This document shows positions 29,611 through 31,851 of a stretch of 31,851 bases of DNA, in pieces. The notes beneath the pieces were generated by a model. It was not told where the DNA came from. It ran no database searches and saw nothing but the letters and a program-made list of their open reading frames with translations. The stretch is from Opitutales bacterium (GTDB lineage Bacteria; Verrucomicrobiota; Verrucomicrobiia; Opitutales; JABSRG01). A program made the translations under genes and the position numbers. Position 1 is the stretch's first letter. Every line of letters begins with the position of its first letter. The stretch lies in assembly GCA_049599475.1 (NCBI GenBank), contig JBMYOQ010000051.1:1-31851 (forward strand), given 5' to 3'.

Positions 29611-31440
29611 ATGCACACAGAGCGATTTAGGCAGTTACGTAAGAAGGCACTAGTCGGAATACTCGACAAAAAGACGGTTAGCAAAGTATGGCGTAGTATC
29701 GTAAGAGATCAGTTGCGGTCACTAGATATTAGTGATCTCTACGATAACTACGATTTTAACTATAATATTGAGGAAAGAGCAGCTGCTCTTAGAGCATCAA
29801 TACTAGAGGGTAGCTACGCAGTTGCCACTCCATTAATTTACCGACTTGAAAAAAAATATGGGGTATGTCGTCATATTGTAATTCCTCAACCACATGATGC
29901 TTTGTTGCTGCAAGTGCTGATTGAGCAAGTCGCTGACAAAATCATCGACAAACAGCCTTCCAAAAACTCGTTCTATTCCAGAGACAGGCACAACGTCCAA
30001 AAGCCTCACGAAGCAGAGAGTGATAACGATTACGGAGTTCCTTTCCAGACTTTATGGAAGAGACTGCAGAAGGAAATTTATAAATTCAACGATAGCAAGA
30101 ACCTCTTAGTAGTTACGGACCTGTCGAACTACTATGATTCTATCCACTTAGATGAATTAAGGAAAGTACTCGTTTCATATGTTGAAGCTGACGAAGTGAT
30201 TGTTGACTTACTCTTCAAGGTAATTGAGGGCATTTCGTGGACACCTGACTACTTGCCCTACTCTAAGCGAGGCTTGCCAACATCAAACATTGAAGGAATA
30301 CGGCTCCTAGCTCACTTATTTCTGTTCGAGTTAGATCAGGTTCTTAAAAATCAAACTAAGAATTCGTTCGTTAGGTGGATGGACGACATAACAATCGGAG
30401 TAGACAGTAGAAAAGAGGCGATTTCAATAATCAGCTCCGCATCGGATATGCTAAAGAGCCGTGGTCTTTCTTTGAATTTAGCGAAGACGTCAATTCTTGA
30501 CTCTACCAGTGCAAAGTTTCACTTCCAGATCGATCAAAATAAATACCTTGATTCACTGAATGTTGTAGAAGCAGGCACCCCCGAAGCTGATAAGGCCGAG
30601 ACTGAGTTGAACAAAAGGTTTCAACGACATATTAAGAATCCCGGTGCTAAATATTGGGACAAAGTCACCAAACGATACATAACAGCCTTTGGAAAATTGC
30701 GTAGCAGAAAGCTGGTCAAAAAAGCGCCGGTTCTATACCTTAAATATCCAGGAATCCGTCCAAACCTCTTAATTTACCTAACTAATATTGATTACATTCC
30801 AACTAGTGCTTCCTCGATAGAGGAAATACTGGAAAAAATCGATCTATTCGACGATTTAGCTTTATTTCAGATTTCCAAGATCCTCACAGAGTGGAGCTTC
30901 CCAACTACCAGCAATGGCAAAGCATGGATAAAGAAATTTGATACTATCATCGCAAACCGATGTTTCGAAAACGAGGAACCAATCCACTTTTATTCCCTTT
31001 TGCTGTTTCGATCTATATACTCATCATCAACTGAGCTTTTAAACTTTTTAATCAAGTATCAGAACCTTTGGCAGACAAACTCATTCCTGCGCAGACAGGC
31101 CACGGTCTGCCTCGCTAGATTACTCGCTTCCGGAAATAATAAGGGAGAGAGGCTATTAAGGCTGCAAGGGTCATCAGGCATACCTAGTGTCGTTTCTGTT
31201 GCCAACCAAATATCTCTGTTCTCAAGAATGAAGAAATTGGAGGGAAAAGTTAGCATGTATTTATTTCCAGAGCATCCATCTAGGAAGTACCCTCATTCCA
31301 AATTCATGGTACTATGCTCACTTTTGAATTCAGAAGAAATCAGGAAGAATTCAACCATTCAGCAGAAAGTCCCGAAATACTTAAAAGACCCTTTTCACCG
31401 TCGGTGGCTACGCAGACAGTATGGTTTAAAATTTGAATAA
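29611..31440 (+). CDS. Reverse transcriptase, UG/Abi (defence-associated)-like, with long alpha-helical C-terminal extension
   Basis: 609 aa. RT motifs EKKYGVCRHIVIPQPHDALL, VVTDLSNYYDSI, RGLPT...RLLAHLFLFELD, FVRWMDDITI (YxDD position), GLSLNLAKT. About 300 Leu-rich helical residues follow, with no recognisable maturase/HNH, Cas1 or retron VTG motif. Confidence 0.9.
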   Translation: MHTERFRQLRKKALVGILDKKTVSKVWRSIVRDQLRSLDISDLYDNYDFNYNIEERAAALRASILEGSYAVATPLIYRLEKKYGVCRHIVIPQPHDALLLQVLIEQVADKIIDKQPSKNSFYSRDRHNVQKPHEAESDNDYGVPFQTLWKRLQKEIYKFNDSKNLLVVTDLSNYYDSIHLDELRKVLVSYVEADEVIVDLLFKVIEGISWTPDYLPYSKRGLPTSNIEGIRLLAHLFLFELDQVLKNQTKNSFVRWMDDITIGVDSRKEAISIISSASDMLKSRGLSLNLAKTSILDSTSAKFHFQIDQNKYLDSLNVVEAGTPEADKAETELNKRFQRHIKNPGAKYWDKVTKRYITAFGKLRSRKLVKKAPVLYLKYPGIRPNLLIYLTNIDYIPTSASSIEEILEKIDLFDDLALFQISKILTEWSFPTTSNGKAWIKKFDTIIANRCFENEEPIHFYSLLLFRSIYSSSTELLNFLIKYQNLWQTNSFLRRQATVCLARLLASGNNKGERLLRLQGSSGIPSVVSVANQISLFSRMKKLEGKVSMYLFPEHPSRKYPHSKFMVLCSLLNSEEIRKNSTIQQKVPKYLKDPFHRRWLRRQYGLKFE

Positions 31441-31563
31441 TAGGAAAATCTCGCCAAATCGAAGGCAACAAACGAAGCCGAAAGTGGGAGCCAAACGCGA
31501 AACCTAAACATCCGCTCCGCGAGGTTATTTAATGACAAGAAGACCGTCATCGTTGAAACTGGA

Positions 31564-31799
31564 TCAATCCCCTCTCACAAACAAGTGCAGCACCTCAAGG
31601 CCTTCGGCTAAAAGCTTCTGCATGTCCTTTGGCTTAACGGTTTGCTTCGAGCGATAGAAGACAAGCCTACCATCCTTCGCTTTGATGGTGAGCCCTGGGT
31701 GCGCCTCAAAATACTCGAGAATGCCGTCATGAAATGTCTCACGAATGGCGGTCTCATCCGCACCTCTAAGGTCGTAGGATTTTGAAAAGTTCGGGTGTG
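31564..31799 (-). pseudogene. 3' fragment of a conserved hypothetical gene, interrupted by the IS
   Basis: Manual translation: THPNFSKSYDLRGADETAIRETFHDGILEYFEAHPGLTIKAKDGRLVFYRSKQTVKPKDMQKLLAEGLEVLHLFVRGD* (stop 31566-31564). The frame runs straight into the IS terminus with no start codon before it. Confidence 0.7.
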
Positions 31800-31851
31800 T
31801 GTCGGTTTGCGGTTAAAATGCACCAGTAATTTGCGGGTGAAAGTGCACCAT
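31800..31851. mobile_element. Terminal inverted-repeat end of an IS21-family insertion sequence, continuing past the right edge
   Basis: Begins TGT and carries two tandem sub-terminal repeats, TTTGCGGTTAAAATGCACCA and TTTGCGGGTGAAAGTGCACCA, the architecture of IS21 ends. No transposase is visible in the window. Confidence 0.75.

Noticed and set aside
29533..31563. RT as a group II intron, retron or CRISPR-associated RT
   Set aside because: No YADD, maturase/HNH or intron domain V/VI is seen. There is no retron VTG motif or msr-msd inverted repeat in the 78-bp upstream gap, and no cas genes or array.
31608..31823. 71-aa minus-strand ORF in the track
   Set aside because: It starts inside the IS terminal repeat and is in the wrong frame. 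The protein-like frame is the one ending at 31564.

Overview
Bacterial genomic window, most likely from a marine PVC-superphylum organism (Verrucomicrobiota/Kiritimatiellota-like). That assignment is inferred from the SHD1-like domains, tandem sulfatases, a D-rich C-terminal tail and GTAG-type REPs. Left to right: (1) a >1,800-aa filamentous-haemagglutinin/TpsA-like exoprotein on the minus strand that runs off the left edge and is missing from the ORF track; (2) an L-arabinose/sulfated-glycan locus with a Na+:sugar symporter, araD, araA, araB, a beta-propeller glycosidase, two beta-helix CAZymes, two sulfatases and a 1002-aa multidomain secreted protein, interspersed with two SHD1-containing secreted proteins; (3) a defence-island-like block, increasingly AT-rich toward the right, with an AbiEi/AbiEii type IV toxin-antitoxin pair, a highly structured ~620-bp spacer, an HD-family dGTPase and, 78 bp downstream, a 609-aa UG/Abi-type reverse transcriptase with a non-canonical WMDD site; (4) a gene fragment cut by the end of an IS21-family element at the right edge. 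The best candidate for an undescribed system is the dGTPase + RT pair, possibly with an upstream structured RNA. A 121-bp duplicated promoter/leader and a recurring TTCAACGTTCAA-like motif suggest shared regulation of the sugar operons.
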